Positions 11,801 through 20,937 of a stretch of 64,000 nucleotides of DNA are shown here, piece by piece (position 1 is the stretch's first letter; each line of letters starts with the position of its first letter). The stretch lies in assembly GCA_038883715.1 (NCBI GenBank), contig JAVZLS010000005.1, forward strand, positions 14,652-78,651, written 5' to 3'. The translations under genes were made by a program, and so were the position numbers. The stretch is from Candidatus Bathyarchaeia archaeon (GTDB lineage: Archaea; Thermoproteota; Bathyarchaeia; Bathyarchaeales; Bathycorpusculaceae). Under the pieces are notes generated by a model. It had not been told where the DNA came from. It saw nothing but the letters and a program-made list of their open reading frames with translations, and did no database searches.

Positions 11801-11932
11801 ATTAACTTTGGTGTACCAGCTTGTTGGGTCTGCTGCTGTTACTGTGGTGAAAAGCATCGGTGTAAAGGCTGCTGTTGCAATTATTATTGTTGCTAGTAAT
11901 GCAAATAGCTTTTTCCTTTTTTCCATTTTCAT
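8846..11932 (-). CDS. large secreted protein, candidate S-layer glycoprotein
   Basis: Sec signal peptide (KRKK, hydrophobic stretch, VTA-AD) and many N-glycosylation sequons. TVGRDAHSADSIGA and NIIGVGGPLAN resemble Methanococcales/Thermococcales S-layer motifs. Confidence 0.65.
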   Translation of the reverse strand: MKMEKRKKLFALLATIIIATAAFTPMLFTTVTAADPTSWYTKVNGVLTSDYYSLYPFTTKSIDFGLSKFGEMINYPVTTGVGVGLQYPGYDSVGTYDQKAGTSRDPFANEYIDPKLWLNGWLIEIRYTHRTYRDRRVLAMAMFADMAAYGGDWLVGHPYPFHLAPHGGRKTTGYAYTEPLTVLYNGPRRYVALSVTHIYDWFDSDQDGVVDHPDETWPIVDVILTFIFEKVKKQVIIFKDIKQVITGKELESPLDIQFSNREEWDLGPPPNYGSYAHFFHQELTTCYGPEWHLAPGIMREWIEEGYNLRDVPEWKDGYGPPIVAGSVRVYVNGVFKEEGTHYDINYNNGNITWHIPIGATDWVTVVYKLWKYEEGASLTGVPHYYDVAQIISSDLKYVGWKAFWPTLSDYSVDAWDKSLQPLIWVNDADMVPATSEPDIPFVVGEWDFMLGKGYPAQFRGVEVVGLTDYHDAKDPQMTGHPTAALDIEVKYQLDEVFNPWSLVDAVEKYTERWVQFYTVKTGDIGKDLNITLEHKPVLKATPWEEYCSFSERVLWGGALKIPLRAVATTYHYELYVDEDGTGVIHIPASKVPPAGTEIKILYSTQTWWFGPAQVVLYRGTFTNEPLGADPITLLDEEDISEVIGPDGLGAQWSFLIKDLTVKVANETEEAESGMLDVEILTGPYVNFKVFKNQTAYLVGLNYQHEFANRTAPTGLWINATLDAIVYDITAPPLKDLHVFFFKPTVHITVTATTNGTHCNATITVTVEDPGMVGEDQLPLYIEYVGGRYEWVTVGRDAHSADSIGASLVSAAFKNKQIEIGNAGFDMMFQEYALTSIPYLLHKFSGTGTGWPPNYKDSIYRIALRDDWCHTWPIASSNIIGVGGPLANHIAEYFNDFTDAFYGLNTAEAPFTPYAPWVNKIIALSCWSKDTYSSNATVGYAVISTYKDINGTVGFLVWGISARDTFYASKFFHEEIIYELQRFPLCATSIIVEIDYTDPEHPTWTIPEVLGTISETTVELVKGGIHSDP

Positions 11933-11965
11933 TCCTCTTTTGGGTCACGTATGGAAAGGTGGACA

Positions 11966-11986
11966 CGTTTATTAAAAATTTTTTAG
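11966..11986 (-). promoter_or_regulatory. BRE/TATA promoter of the candidate S-layer gene
   Basis: Minus strand reads AAAAAATTTTTAATAAAC about 35-50 nt upstream of the ATG; GAGGA RBS directly before the start. Confidence 0.5.
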
Positions 11987-12058
11987 AGGTTCTGACTCAG
12001 AATTAGAATAAAAACCAAGAAAAACATCAGAACAAAAATTTAATTCAATATTCTTGTT

Positions 12059-12286
12059 TCATTTTCTAAAAAATTTCAAATGTTTAGGCACTTCGCCCTT
12101 TTCACCAACAGCAAAAACTTCAAAAAGCTCGAAGCTCGCCCCACAACCCTTACATTGGACATAGGCGTGGTTGCGCCTTATCCCAAGCCAAAAACCTTCC
12201 CTAGAATTGCATTTTGGACACATATTGAACTTACTTGCCACAGCCAAGATTTCATCTAACCTCAAAGCTTCTCCAATCTCCAACAA
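12059..12286 (-). CDS. small Zn-ribbon protein
   Basis: CPKC...CKGC motif pair. Confidence 0.65.
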   Translation of the reverse strand: MLEIGEALRLDEILAVASKFNMCPKCNSREGFWLGIRRNHAYVQCKGCGASFELFEVFAVGEKGEVPKHLKFFRK

Positions 12287-12390
12287 TATATTATGCGCCT
12301 TGAAATTTATGAGTTACTATTAGAACGGGAATATTCCCCTCGCCAACAAAGTTTATTAGATGAAACGGTTCTTCAAAAGGCTGTTCAGAA

Positions 12391-13029
12391 ATGACAATCC
12401 AGATGTTCACCGTTGGTAAGCTCTTCACAAACTGCTACATTGTAGCATGCCCGGAAACAAGAGAGGCCATAATCATCGACCCCGGATTTGATAACGCCTC
12501 TGAAGGAGAAAAAATTTTCAAGTTTATCGAAGAAAAAGCCCTAAAGCTAAAATATATTGTGAACACGCACGGCCACCCAGACCATGTCTGCGGAAACGGC
12601 ATAGTTAAAAAGCAGTTTCAAACGCCAATCTTGGTTCATGAGAAGGACGCTTTCATGCTTGGAACCTTTGGCAAAGTAATCGCAAAATTTTTCGGCTTCA
12701 ACAGTTCCTCGCCGTCAGCGGACATCCTCCTAAAAGATGGAGATTATGTAAAGTTTGGCAAAATGGCCCTCAAAGTTATGCACACTCCGGGTCACAGTCC
12801 AGGAAGTATATCCCTAATAAGCGAGGGTGAGGTGTTTACCGGCGACACTTTATTTGCCGGCTCAATTGGGAGGACAGACCTTCCGCAAAGCTCAGAATCA
12901 GACATGAAAGAATCGTTAAAGAAGTTAGCAAACCTGCCTGACAGTTTTAAGGTTTACCCGGGTCACGGTCCAACAACAACAATTGGAGAGGAAAAGCAAA
13001 CCAACCCATTCCTAATCATAGAATGGTGA
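12391..13029 (+). CDS. MBL-fold metallo-hydrolase (glyoxalase II/YcbL-like)
   Basis: THGHPDH, HTPGHSPG, GDTLF, GRTDL and PGHG motifs. Confidence 0.9.
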   Translation: MTIQMFTVGKLFTNCYIVACPETREAIIIDPGFDNASEGEKIFKFIEEKALKLKYIVNTHGHPDHVCGNGIVKKQFQTPILVHEKDAFMLGTFGKVIAKFFGFNSSSPSADILLKDGDYVKFGKMALKVMHTPGHSPGSISLISEGEVFTGDTLFAGSIGRTDLPQSSESDMKESLKKLANLPDSFKVYPGHGPTTTIGEEKQTNPFLIIEW

Positions 13030-13040
13030 AAAAGGAGCGC

Positions 13041-13814
13041 TTATAGGGCTTCTCTAAACAGGTCCTCGTCTTTCCTAATTTTCAGCTCTTTTGCACTTGA
13101 TTTTTCACAAAATTCCACTACATCCTTTAAGCCTTTAAAAATTACCACGGGAGTGGCCTCTTCGGCTTGTCCCATGAGAAGTTCCGCTGCAGCAGCAATC
13201 TCATCGACAACCGCCACATTCTTAACCTTCAATATGTAACCGTAAAGATCCCTTTTACCCCTATAGTCTTTGAAGGGCTTGATTCCAGCCAATCCTATGG
13301 CAAAGTTCACTTGCCCACGCCGGAAGGGGCGGCTATAAGTGTCGCATATTATTATTGCCACATTTTTCCCAGTTAACTTTCGTATTTCTTTTCGGCACTT
13401 TTCCGCTGAAGCGTCTGGGTCTTCTGGCAGAAGCGCGAAGTTGCTTTCTCCTTCGATGTTTGATTTGTCTATTCCGGCATTTATACAAACTAGGCCGCGA
13501 TTGTCCTCTACAAGCAAGATTTCGCTAGAAGCTTTTATGACCTCCTTTGCCTCCCTTAAAACGAGCTCCACAAACTTAGGGCTTTTTCCTGTTTTTCTTG
13601 CAATTTCCATAGCCTCTTTGGAGGGGACAATCTCTTTAAGGTTGACTATTCTGCCTTCAGCCTTCGAGAAAATTTTTTGGGCAATAACAATTACGTCTCC
13701 GTCCTCGATTTTCAAGCCGTTTTTCTCCGCGTTTTCAGCAATTATTTTCGCTATGTTGTCTCCGGGTTTTATTAAGGGGAAACCTTCAAGAGCGATGGCT
13801 TTAAACTCCTTCAA
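13041..13814 (-). CDS. cofE: coenzyme F420-0:L-glutamate ligase, copy 1
   Basis: PLIKPGD, QKIFSKAEGR, NAGIDKSN, LLPEDPDASA, DTYSRPFRRG and DEIAAAAELLMG motifs. Confidence 0.9.
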   Translation of the reverse strand: MKEFKAIALEGFPLIKPGDNIAKIIAENAEKNGLKIEDGDVIVIAQKIFSKAEGRIVNLKEIVPSKEAMEIARKTGKSPKFVELVLREAKEVIKASSEILLVEDNRGLVCINAGIDKSNIEGESNFALLPEDPDASAEKCRKEIRKLTGKNVAIIICDTYSRPFRRGQVNFAIGLAGIKPFKDYRGKRDLYGYILKVKNVAVVDEIAAAAELLMGQAEEATPVVIFKGLKDVVEFCEKSSAKELKIRKDEDLFREAL

Positions 13815-13993
13815 AGTTTGCGCCAGCTTTCACGTTTTCTAGATGATGTGCTGTCCCTATGTTAAAACTCTTGCTTTTCAGCGGCTTAAGAATAGACTTG
13901 AATGATGTATTTCCAAGTTTTATTTCAAATTCATAATGCTTAAGCAAGCGTGGCGAAAAGGATAGTTTAACCACAATATATGGATGCATCCAT

Positions 13994-16675
13994 ATGAAAG
14001 GCAAAATGAAAATTCTAGCTTCAATTCTCATTATAGTTTTCAGTTTATCCATCTTCCCGTTTAACATGCTGTTTCCAGCTGTGAAGGCAACCTATTTTGA
14101 AGGAGAAATCACCGTAGACACTGTCTGGACCCTTGTTGACAGCCCCTTTATTCTCTCTGGAAACGTCACTGTCCACGAAGGCGTAACATTAACCATAGAG
14201 CCGGGAGTTGAGGTAAGATTCGGCGGAAAGTTCTCCGTAATCGTTTATGGTCGGCTCATCGCAAAAGGATCAACGGAATTTAATAGGCTAATAAAATTCA
14301 CCTCGAATAAGGAGACGCCCGGACCAGGAGACTGGGGGGCCCTCTATTTCAATGGAACTGGTCAGCCTTCTTCACTGTTGGAAAACTGCATAATAGAGTA
14401 TGGATCAAGCGGCGTAACAATAGCTGGTGGCGAATTAACAGTCCAAAGCAGCGTTATACGGTTTAACTCTGGAAATGGAGTTATGGTGTTAAATGGTTCA
14501 GTGACCATTGGACATGAAAACCTAATCTGCAACAACACTGCCAGTGGCATCTACATATTCGGAGGCAACGTAACAGTGGAGGCTAACATCATAGAGTCGA
14601 ATGGAGATGGCATAACATTAGCTGGGAATCTAACAACTTTTGAAATTAATATAACGAGAAATAATATAAGCCTTAATGAGAAAAGCGGGATATCACTAGT
14701 CATGGAGGACTATAACCCGGACTATCTTATTATCAGAAACAATACGGTTTCCTCAAACTATTATGGGTTTTATGTTGCTACAAACGCAAGCACTGTTATA
14801 ACACGAAACTACATTATCAGCAATGAGGTGGGAGTTTTTTATGAATCTGGACATGGGCATGAAGCTCATTTCAACGATATCTTTGGCAATGGTTTGGGCA
14901 TGGATGTCTCAGCAACAGCCTCCGTAAACGCGACTCGTAACTACTGGGGGGACCCAAGCGGTCCATACCACGAAGGGTTAAACCCGAATGGAAGGGGCAA
15001 TCCTGTTGGAGGCGACGGCGTCAACCTTGACTTCATATTCTTCCTAACAGCGCCAATAGATTATGTTAACCGCTTGCCAAAGGCTGTTCTTTGGGCTGAT
15101 AAGATTAGGGTTGCACCCGGTGATGAGGTTGCCTTCATTGGTTTTGACTCTTCTGACGATGGACGTGTTGACCAGTACCGTTACAACTTCGGGGACGGAC
15201 ATGACACCGGCTGGACTACGCTGTCAATTTTCTTCCATACTTACACTACTGTTGGAAACTATATTGTTCGCCTGTGGGTTATGGACGATTTCGGTGAGGT
15301 CAGCAGCCAAGCTTCCATAACCGTCTCTGTAGTTAGTTTGCAATCTTTGAATTTGGAACTTATTCAAGGGGATAATAAAGTTCCATCCGGGGGAGAAGTT
15401 CCAATAATGGCACGTGTTTTGCAGGGTGGAAACCCGGTTAGTGGTGCTAATGTAACTTTCTTCTCTATTAAGGGTGGAAGTTTTGAGCCGCTGTACGGTT
15501 TGACGAACTCTTCTGGTTACGTTACAACATTTTTTAAAGCGCCATCGGTTGAGGAGATAACCGATGTTAGGATTATTGCTAGGGCTTCAAAAAGTGGATT
15601 TGCAGACGGCTCATGCCACCAGTATTTGACAGTTTTACCACCTCTCAGCGTTATGGTGGAAGCCCAACCATCCAGAGTTTTGTCGGGTGAGAATTCAACA
15701 ATAAGTGTTCATGTTTCTTGGGTTGGCTATCCCATAGAAGGAGCCAATGTTACTTTATCCTCAACTAACGGCGGAAGTTTCGCCGAACCTTCAAAGCTAA
15801 CGGATTCTAATGGGAGAGCCTCTTTCTATTTCACTGCCCCTCAAACGTCAGAAGAAATCATAACGACAATTGTAGCCCACGTCTCAAAGGCAGGGTTCGC
15901 CGACGGCGAGGGACAAACAAATATAACAATTGCGCCAAAAATGTTCCAGATAGAAATTACAGCTGAGCGGGATACGACAGTTTCTGAGGAAACTGTGACA
16001 ATAACAGTGCATGTTGAGCATAATGGCTTTTATGTCCAAGAAGCTAACGTCACCTTGTCCGCTACCGCTGGAACAATTTCGCCTCCGTATAATTTTACTG
16101 ACAGTTATGGAAATGCTATTTTCCGTTTCACAACGCCACCAGTTCCAGAGGAAACAAACATCACCATAACCGCGACAGTTTCAAAGGAGGGATTTGCCAC
16201 CAACACAACATCATTAATGCTAACTGCAAAGCCAGGAGTCTTAACAATAAGCGTCATTACGGGAGCTTACTCCGTACCGTCGGAAAGCCCTGTTGAAATC
16301 CATGTTTATGTAACGTGTAATGGCAGACCAGTGGCTGCTGCAAATGTTACAGTTGCTCTCAGCGCAGGAACACTGGCTTCGCAATCATGCCTTACAGACG
16401 CTAATGGTTATTGTGTGTTTTCTATTTTGACGCCGAGGGCTGATGCGACGATGGATTTGGTGGTTACGGTTAGTGCTGAGAAGTTTGGGTATACATGCCA
16501 GCCTATCTATGTGCCTTTGACCGTTGTTCCTCCAGCTGGTGGGGGGATACCTTGGTTTACTATTTTGCTTGTGCTTATTCCGGTGTTGCTGGTGGTTGTT
16601 ATTGTTGTCCTGGTGAAGTTGGGGGTTATTCAGGTTTCGTTTGGCGGGGAAGAAGAGGAAGGTAGCGTTTCGTAA
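13994..16675 (+). CDS. membrane-anchored surface protein: right-handed beta-helix, PKD domain, about four Ig-like (Big_1-type) repeats
   Basis: Signal peptide; TLTIEPGVEV...PGDWG beta-helix region; YNFGDG...HTY PKD motif; repeated GANVT...TDxNG units; C-terminal TM with an acidic tail. Confidence 0.8.
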   Translation: MKGKMKILASILIIVFSLSIFPFNMLFPAVKATYFEGEITVDTVWTLVDSPFILSGNVTVHEGVTLTIEPGVEVRFGGKFSVIVYGRLIAKGSTEFNRLIKFTSNKETPGPGDWGALYFNGTGQPSSLLENCIIEYGSSGVTIAGGELTVQSSVIRFNSGNGVMVLNGSVTIGHENLICNNTASGIYIFGGNVTVEANIIESNGDGITLAGNLTTFEINITRNNISLNEKSGISLVMEDYNPDYLIIRNNTVSSNYYGFYVATNASTVITRNYIISNEVGVFYESGHGHEAHFNDIFGNGLGMDVSATASVNATRNYWGDPSGPYHEGLNPNGRGNPVGGDGVNLDFIFFLTAPIDYVNRLPKAVLWADKIRVAPGDEVAFIGFDSSDDGRVDQYRYNFGDGHDTGWTTLSIFFHTYTTVGNYIVRLWVMDDFGEVSSQASITVSVVSLQSLNLELIQGDNKVPSGGEVPIMARVLQGGNPVSGANVTFFSIKGGSFEPLYGLTNSSGYVTTFFKAPSVEEITDVRIIARASKSGFADGSCHQYLTVLPPLSVMVEAQPSRVLSGENSTISVHVSWVGYPIEGANVTLSSTNGGSFAEPSKLTDSNGRASFYFTAPQTSEEIITTIVAHVSKAGFADGEGQTNITIAPKMFQIEITAERDTTVSEETVTITVHVEHNGFYVQEANVTLSATAGTISPPYNFTDSYGNAIFRFTTPPVPEETNITITATVSKEGFATNTTSLMLTAKPGVLTISVITGAYSVPSESPVEIHVYVTCNGRPVAAANVTVALSAGTLASQSCLTDANGYCVFSILTPRADATMDLVVTVSAEKFGYTCQPIYVPLTVVPPAGGGIPWFTILLVLIPVLLVVVIVVLVKLGVIQVSFGGEEEEGSVS

Positions 16676-16734
16676 GACGTAATATTTAATAACCAAAGTG
16701 TATAGATATATAACATAAGTACAGGAGAGGACAC

Positions 16735-18363
16735 ATGGCCAAACTGCGCCTCAAAGAAAAACTCGCAAAAATCAAGAAAATAAGGATAAAAGTCAACATT
16801 GGAAAGCCCAAAAAAGTGGCTATTCCACCGCCCCCGCCAAAGCCCATCCCAAAAGGCTTCAAAGTTGTGGAAAGGTACCCGCTCTACGAACCTTTTGCCC
16901 ACGTAGCCATAGTTCAAAATCCAAAGACTGGCGAGTACAAGTACATTTTGGACGAGTTACAGCTCGACCCGTTAGAAAGGAGCGTTTACAACCGCATTCT
17001 AGAGATACTTCTCGCAGAAATAGAGTCTCCTAAAGAGGAAATAGCCGACCCCAGAAAGTTCTTCGCCGAAGAAGCCAAAAAAATTGTCGATAAATACCGC
17101 ATAAGCCTAGGATGGCTACCTGACGTTTCATGGTACAAGATCCTCTACCACGCTGAAAGGGATCTTGTAGGGTTCGGAAGAATAGACCCATTAATGCGGG
17201 ACCCAAACATTGAGGATATTTCATGCGACGGAGTGAACAAGCCTGTTTACGTTTGGCATAGAAACTATGAAAGCATAGAAACAAACCTGGAATTTGAGAA
17301 CGATGAAGAGCTTGACAATATGGTTGTTAAGCTTGTCCACATGGCTGGGAAACATGTAAGCTCAGCCTTCCCAATTGTGGACGCCTCGCTTCCTGGGAAG
17401 CATAGGCTTGCAGTCTGTTACAGGCGTGAAATTACGCCTTTCGGCACAGCCTTCACGATTAGAAAGTTTAGGGAAGACCCATACTCGATAATAGACCTCA
17501 TAAACTTGGGCACCTTCTCAGAAGAGATGGCTGCCTACTTCTGGCTGTGCCTAGAAAACAGGGCCTCAATAATGGTTTTGGGAGGAACGGCAGCCGGGAA
17601 AACAACAGCCCTAAACGCTTTAGCATGCCTAATCAGACCCGGAAGCAAAATAATCACTATAGAAGAGACGGCGGAGCTTAACCTCCCCCACGAAAACTGG
17701 GTTTCCCTCATAGCCAGACAAAGCTACGGGCTTGGCGGAAGCAGCGTTGGCGAAGTAACCCTTTTCGACCTTGTTAAAACCTCTATGAGGCACCGTCCAG
17801 ACGTGCTCATAGTTGGCGAGGTTAGAGGACAAGAAGCCTACGTGCTCTTCCAAGCGCTTGCCACAGGCCACGGCGGTATGTGCACGATGCACGCCGAAAA
17901 CCTAGACTCTGCCATAAAACGTTTAACCCAGAAGCCAATGGACATTGCGCCAGCCTACATTCCGCTAATGAACATTGTCTTGTCGGTCCAGAGGGTGCAC
18001 CTACAAAAGTCCGGCGAGAAGAAAGCCTACAGGCGTGTAATGAACGTGAACGAAATAGCAGACTACGAGGATTACAGATGCACCTTCAAGTGGCATCCAG
18101 TGAAGGATGAGCATTTGCCATCGCTGAACAAGAGTATAATGCTTGCTGGAATTTCGGAGCGCCTAGGCGTGAGCAGAAAAGACTTGTTGGAGGAGATTGA
18201 CCGGCGAAAGCAGATTCTACATTGGATGCTGGAGCGCAACATAAGAAGTTACAGAGACGTAGCCGCAATAATTGCGGAATATTATGCACGTCCAAAACAG
18301 TTCTATGAAAAGGTTCTCGCCGGGGAGGAGGTGAAAGCTGTTGCCGTTTCTAGAAACCCTTGA
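16735..18363 (+). CDS. type IV pilus assembly ATPase (VirB11/TadA/ArlI family)
   Basis: Walker A GGTAAGKTT, Asp box TIEETAEL, Walker B LIVGEVRG, His box TGHGGMCTMH. Confidence 0.93.
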   Translation: MAKLRLKEKLAKIKKIRIKVNIGKPKKVAIPPPPPKPIPKGFKVVERYPLYEPFAHVAIVQNPKTGEYKYILDELQLDPLERSVYNRILEILLAEIESPKEEIADPRKFFAEEAKKIVDKYRISLGWLPDVSWYKILYHAERDLVGFGRIDPLMRDPNIEDISCDGVNKPVYVWHRNYESIETNLEFENDEELDNMVVKLVHMAGKHVSSAFPIVDASLPGKHRLAVCYRREITPFGTAFTIRKFREDPYSIIDLINLGTFSEEMAAYFWLCLENRASIMVLGGTAAGKTTALNALACLIRPGSKIITIEETAELNLPHENWVSLIARQSYGLGGSSVGEVTLFDLVKTSMRHRPDVLIVGEVRGQEAYVLFQALATGHGGMCTMHAENLDSAIKRLTQKPMDIAPAYIPLMNIVLSVQRVHLQKSGEKKAYRRVMNVNEIADYEDYRCTFKWHPVKDEHLPSLNKSIMLAGISERLGVSRKDLLEEIDRRKQILHWMLERNIRSYRDVAAIIAEYYARPKQFYEKVLAGEEVKAVAVSRNP

Positions 18364-20062
18364 GGCATGGTCCTTCCGCATCTTCGGACGAGTAGCACCC
18401 TTCTTCCTAAAACATGTTGTTGAATTCAAAGACTATCTGGAAAGGGCGAAAATCAAAATTTACCCGGAAACATACGTTTCGCTAATGCTTTTCATTTCTG
18501 TCTTAACAATACCAATAACCATAATCTCCATAATTCTGCTTTACTTCTTCGGTTTTCTGCCAGCCATATTCCTCGTGCCATTTCCAATCTATGTAATGAT
18601 AGGATTCTTCCTAATACCATTGTCGAAAGCTGGTGAGAGAGCCGCAAACCTTGAGAGGGAGATGCCCTTCGTAGCCGCGTACATCAGCGTTATGGCTTCT
18701 GGCGGCATAGCGCCCTACACGAGTTTTAAGCGTTTAGCCGAGGTTGAGCTGATGCCAGCTATGCGAAGTGAAGCCAGGGAAATAATAAAGGACGTGGAAA
18801 TCTTTGGAATAGACCCGTTAACGGCAATAGAAACTGCTGCCAAAAGAAACCCCCTAGACATTTTTAAAGACTTTTTGGCTGGTTACGCCTCAACGGTCAT
18901 AATTGGCGGAGATATAGGGCATTTCCTAGAGAGGAAGGCTGAAGACATTTTTAAGACGAGGGCTATGCGGGTGAAGGCTGCCGCCGAAAGGCTTGGTATG
19001 CTTCTGGAAACCTTCATAATCGTCATGGTTCTGATGTCCATGTGCTTCTTCATTCTTTTCGCTGTGGAAAGCATGCCTAACGTTGGGGGTGGAGGAGGGG
19101 TTTCAATGCAGTCTGGCATAATCCTCTACACCTACATATTCACACCTATGCTTTCTCTCGTCTTTATTTATTTGGCGCACAGCATGCAGCCGAAAACACC
19201 AGTTGTGGACATGCGCCCCTACAAAGTCTTTGGAGTATGCAGCATATTTGGCATAGTGCTTTTACTGTTGCTTACCAACTTTTTCGGTCTCATCGAGATT
19301 CCATTCCTTAGCTCGCTTCAAAAATTTGTAGACTTGCCTATGGCTGTAGCAATAGCCCTCTTCGTCATGACAGCCCCTGCAGCCATAGTATACCATAAGG
19401 TTAGCAGTTATAGGGCAAGTATGGAGCAAGGCATCAATAGCTTTTTAAGAGACTTAACAGAGGTTAGGAAGACTGGCTTGTCGCCTGAGAAATGCATTGA
19501 AAGCCTATCAAACCGTGATTATGGCGTTTTCAGCAAGGAACTGCGTAAAATAAGCTCGGAAATCTCTTGGGGTGTTCCGGTTAGGAAGGTAATTATGGAC
19601 TTTGTTAAGCGTACGAAAAGCTGGCTGGCTCAGCTTGTCATGTTCCTTCTTGTGGAGACGATAGATGTGGGTGGTGGAACCATAGCCATGATTGAATCTC
19701 TTGCGAGGTTCAACAACTTGACGCAGGAGGTTGAGAAGGAGAAGAAGATGGCTACACGCCCCTACGTGATGATGCCCTACTTCGCTGCGATCCTTCTTGT
19801 GGCGACAACCCTCATGATGTTAAACTTTGCCACTGCCACAAGAGAATTTGCGGGAGGTAGTCAAGCGGCAGACATGACGGGCATAAAAACAATTTTCACC
19901 ACATCGGTGATTTTCCACAGCTACTTGATAGGCATTGTGGCTGGCAAAATAAGCGAGGAGTCTGTGGCTGCCGGGTTTAAGCACGCCGCAATACTGGTGA
20001 TAATCGCCGCTTTAGCCGCGAAACTCGTGCCCATGCTCCTAGGATCCACGGGAGGAGGATAA
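18341..20062 (+). CDS. type IV pilus membrane platform protein (T2SSF/TadC/ArlJ family)
   Basis: Two T2SSF-like repeats with many TM helices; overlaps the ATPase stop. Confidence 0.9.
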   Translation: MPFLETLEAWSFRIFGRVAPFFLKHVVEFKDYLERAKIKIYPETYVSLMLFISVLTIPITIISIILLYFFGFLPAIFLVPFPIYVMIGFFLIPLSKAGERAANLEREMPFVAAYISVMASGGIAPYTSFKRLAEVELMPAMRSEAREIIKDVEIFGIDPLTAIETAAKRNPLDIFKDFLAGYASTVIIGGDIGHFLERKAEDIFKTRAMRVKAAAERLGMLLETFIIVMVLMSMCFFILFAVESMPNVGGGGGVSMQSGIILYTYIFTPMLSLVFIYLAHSMQPKTPVVDMRPYKVFGVCSIFGIVLLLLLTNFFGLIEIPFLSSLQKFVDLPMAVAIALFVMTAPAAIVYHKVSSYRASMEQGINSFLRDLTEVRKTGLSPEKCIESLSNRDYGVFSKELRKISSEISWGVPVRKVIMDFVKRTKSWLAQLVMFLLVETIDVGGGTIAMIESLARFNNLTQEVEKEKKMATRPYVMMPYFAAILLVATTLMMLNFATATREFAGGSQAADMTGIKTIFTTSVIFHSYLIGIVAGKISEESVAAGFKHAAILVIIAALAAKLVPMLLGSTGGG

Positions 20063-20923
20063 TTGAGGTTTAAGCATCTAAAAAATGCTGGACTGAGAAG
20101 AAATAGGAGAGCGGTTAGTCCGGCAATTTCATCTGTGATTCTCACTGGGGCAGTGGTGGTGCTTGTGCTAGTGGCTATGACCTTCGCCATAAACCTTCGG
20201 GATTCAAAAATTGCGGAAAACGAGTTCGCCTCTGTTAGGCAGTTTATGCAGACGGCAGCCGTCCAAATAGATGATATAGCATGGGTTCCGTGGCGCACTC
20301 AGACTTTTCGGTTTTCAAGGGGTTATGGAAGCATGAGCTTTATGCCTAACATGCTTACCTTTACAATTTATTTTAGGAACGCCTCTGGCGAGTACCTCCT
20401 CAGTTCTAATGTTTCAGGGGTTCTCGCGTTTAACATGCCTATTTCAAAATATAATGTGTATGACGGCTATTTTGAGTTGATATATCCGACTGATAATTCT
20501 TTGGCTGATTGTTTCATATTTAGTGGGGCTAATGCGCCAGTTGCAAGGGTTTATGCCATCGAAAAGTTGTCAACAGGCTCGCTTGTGCGGTTGGTTTTGA
20601 ATCCTTGTGTGAGAATTGTTGAGGCGAATGTCTCTGGTAAAAAGCAGTATAAGCTGTATCTCCCAATTTTGTATGAATCCGGTTCAAGAGGAAACAATCC
20701 AACAGTGACATTCACTTCCAAGCAAATCTTTTCAAGTCCTCCGGGGGATGCCACAAAAATTAGGATTGTTATAACGACAACTCCAGCCTATGGTGCTAGC
20801 TTCTTTGTGAAGTCGCCACAAGGTCCAACTACTATTATTGATAAGGAAATTGATCTGGGCGGTTCTTCAACTGTCATTCTTTACTTGAGTAGAGTGGAGG
20901 TTGCGATTGGTGTTAATCCATAA
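20063..20923 (+). CDS. minor pilin-like protein with class III signal peptide
   Basis: RRNRRA|VSPAISSVILTGAVVVLV. Confidence 0.75.
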   Translation: MRFKHLKNAGLRRNRRAVSPAISSVILTGAVVVLVLVAMTFAINLRDSKIAENEFASVRQFMQTAAVQIDDIAWVPWRTQTFRFSRGYGSMSFMPNMLTFTIYFRNASGEYLLSSNVSGVLAFNMPISKYNVYDGYFELIYPTDNSLADCFIFSGANAPVARVYAIEKLSTGSLVRLVLNPCVRIVEANVSGKKQYKLYLPILYESGSRGNNPTVTFTSKQIFSSPPGDATKIRIVITTTPAYGASFFVKSPQGPTTIIDKEIDLGGSSTVILYLSRVEVAIGVNP

Positions 20924-20937
20924 GAGGGTGATGGAAC

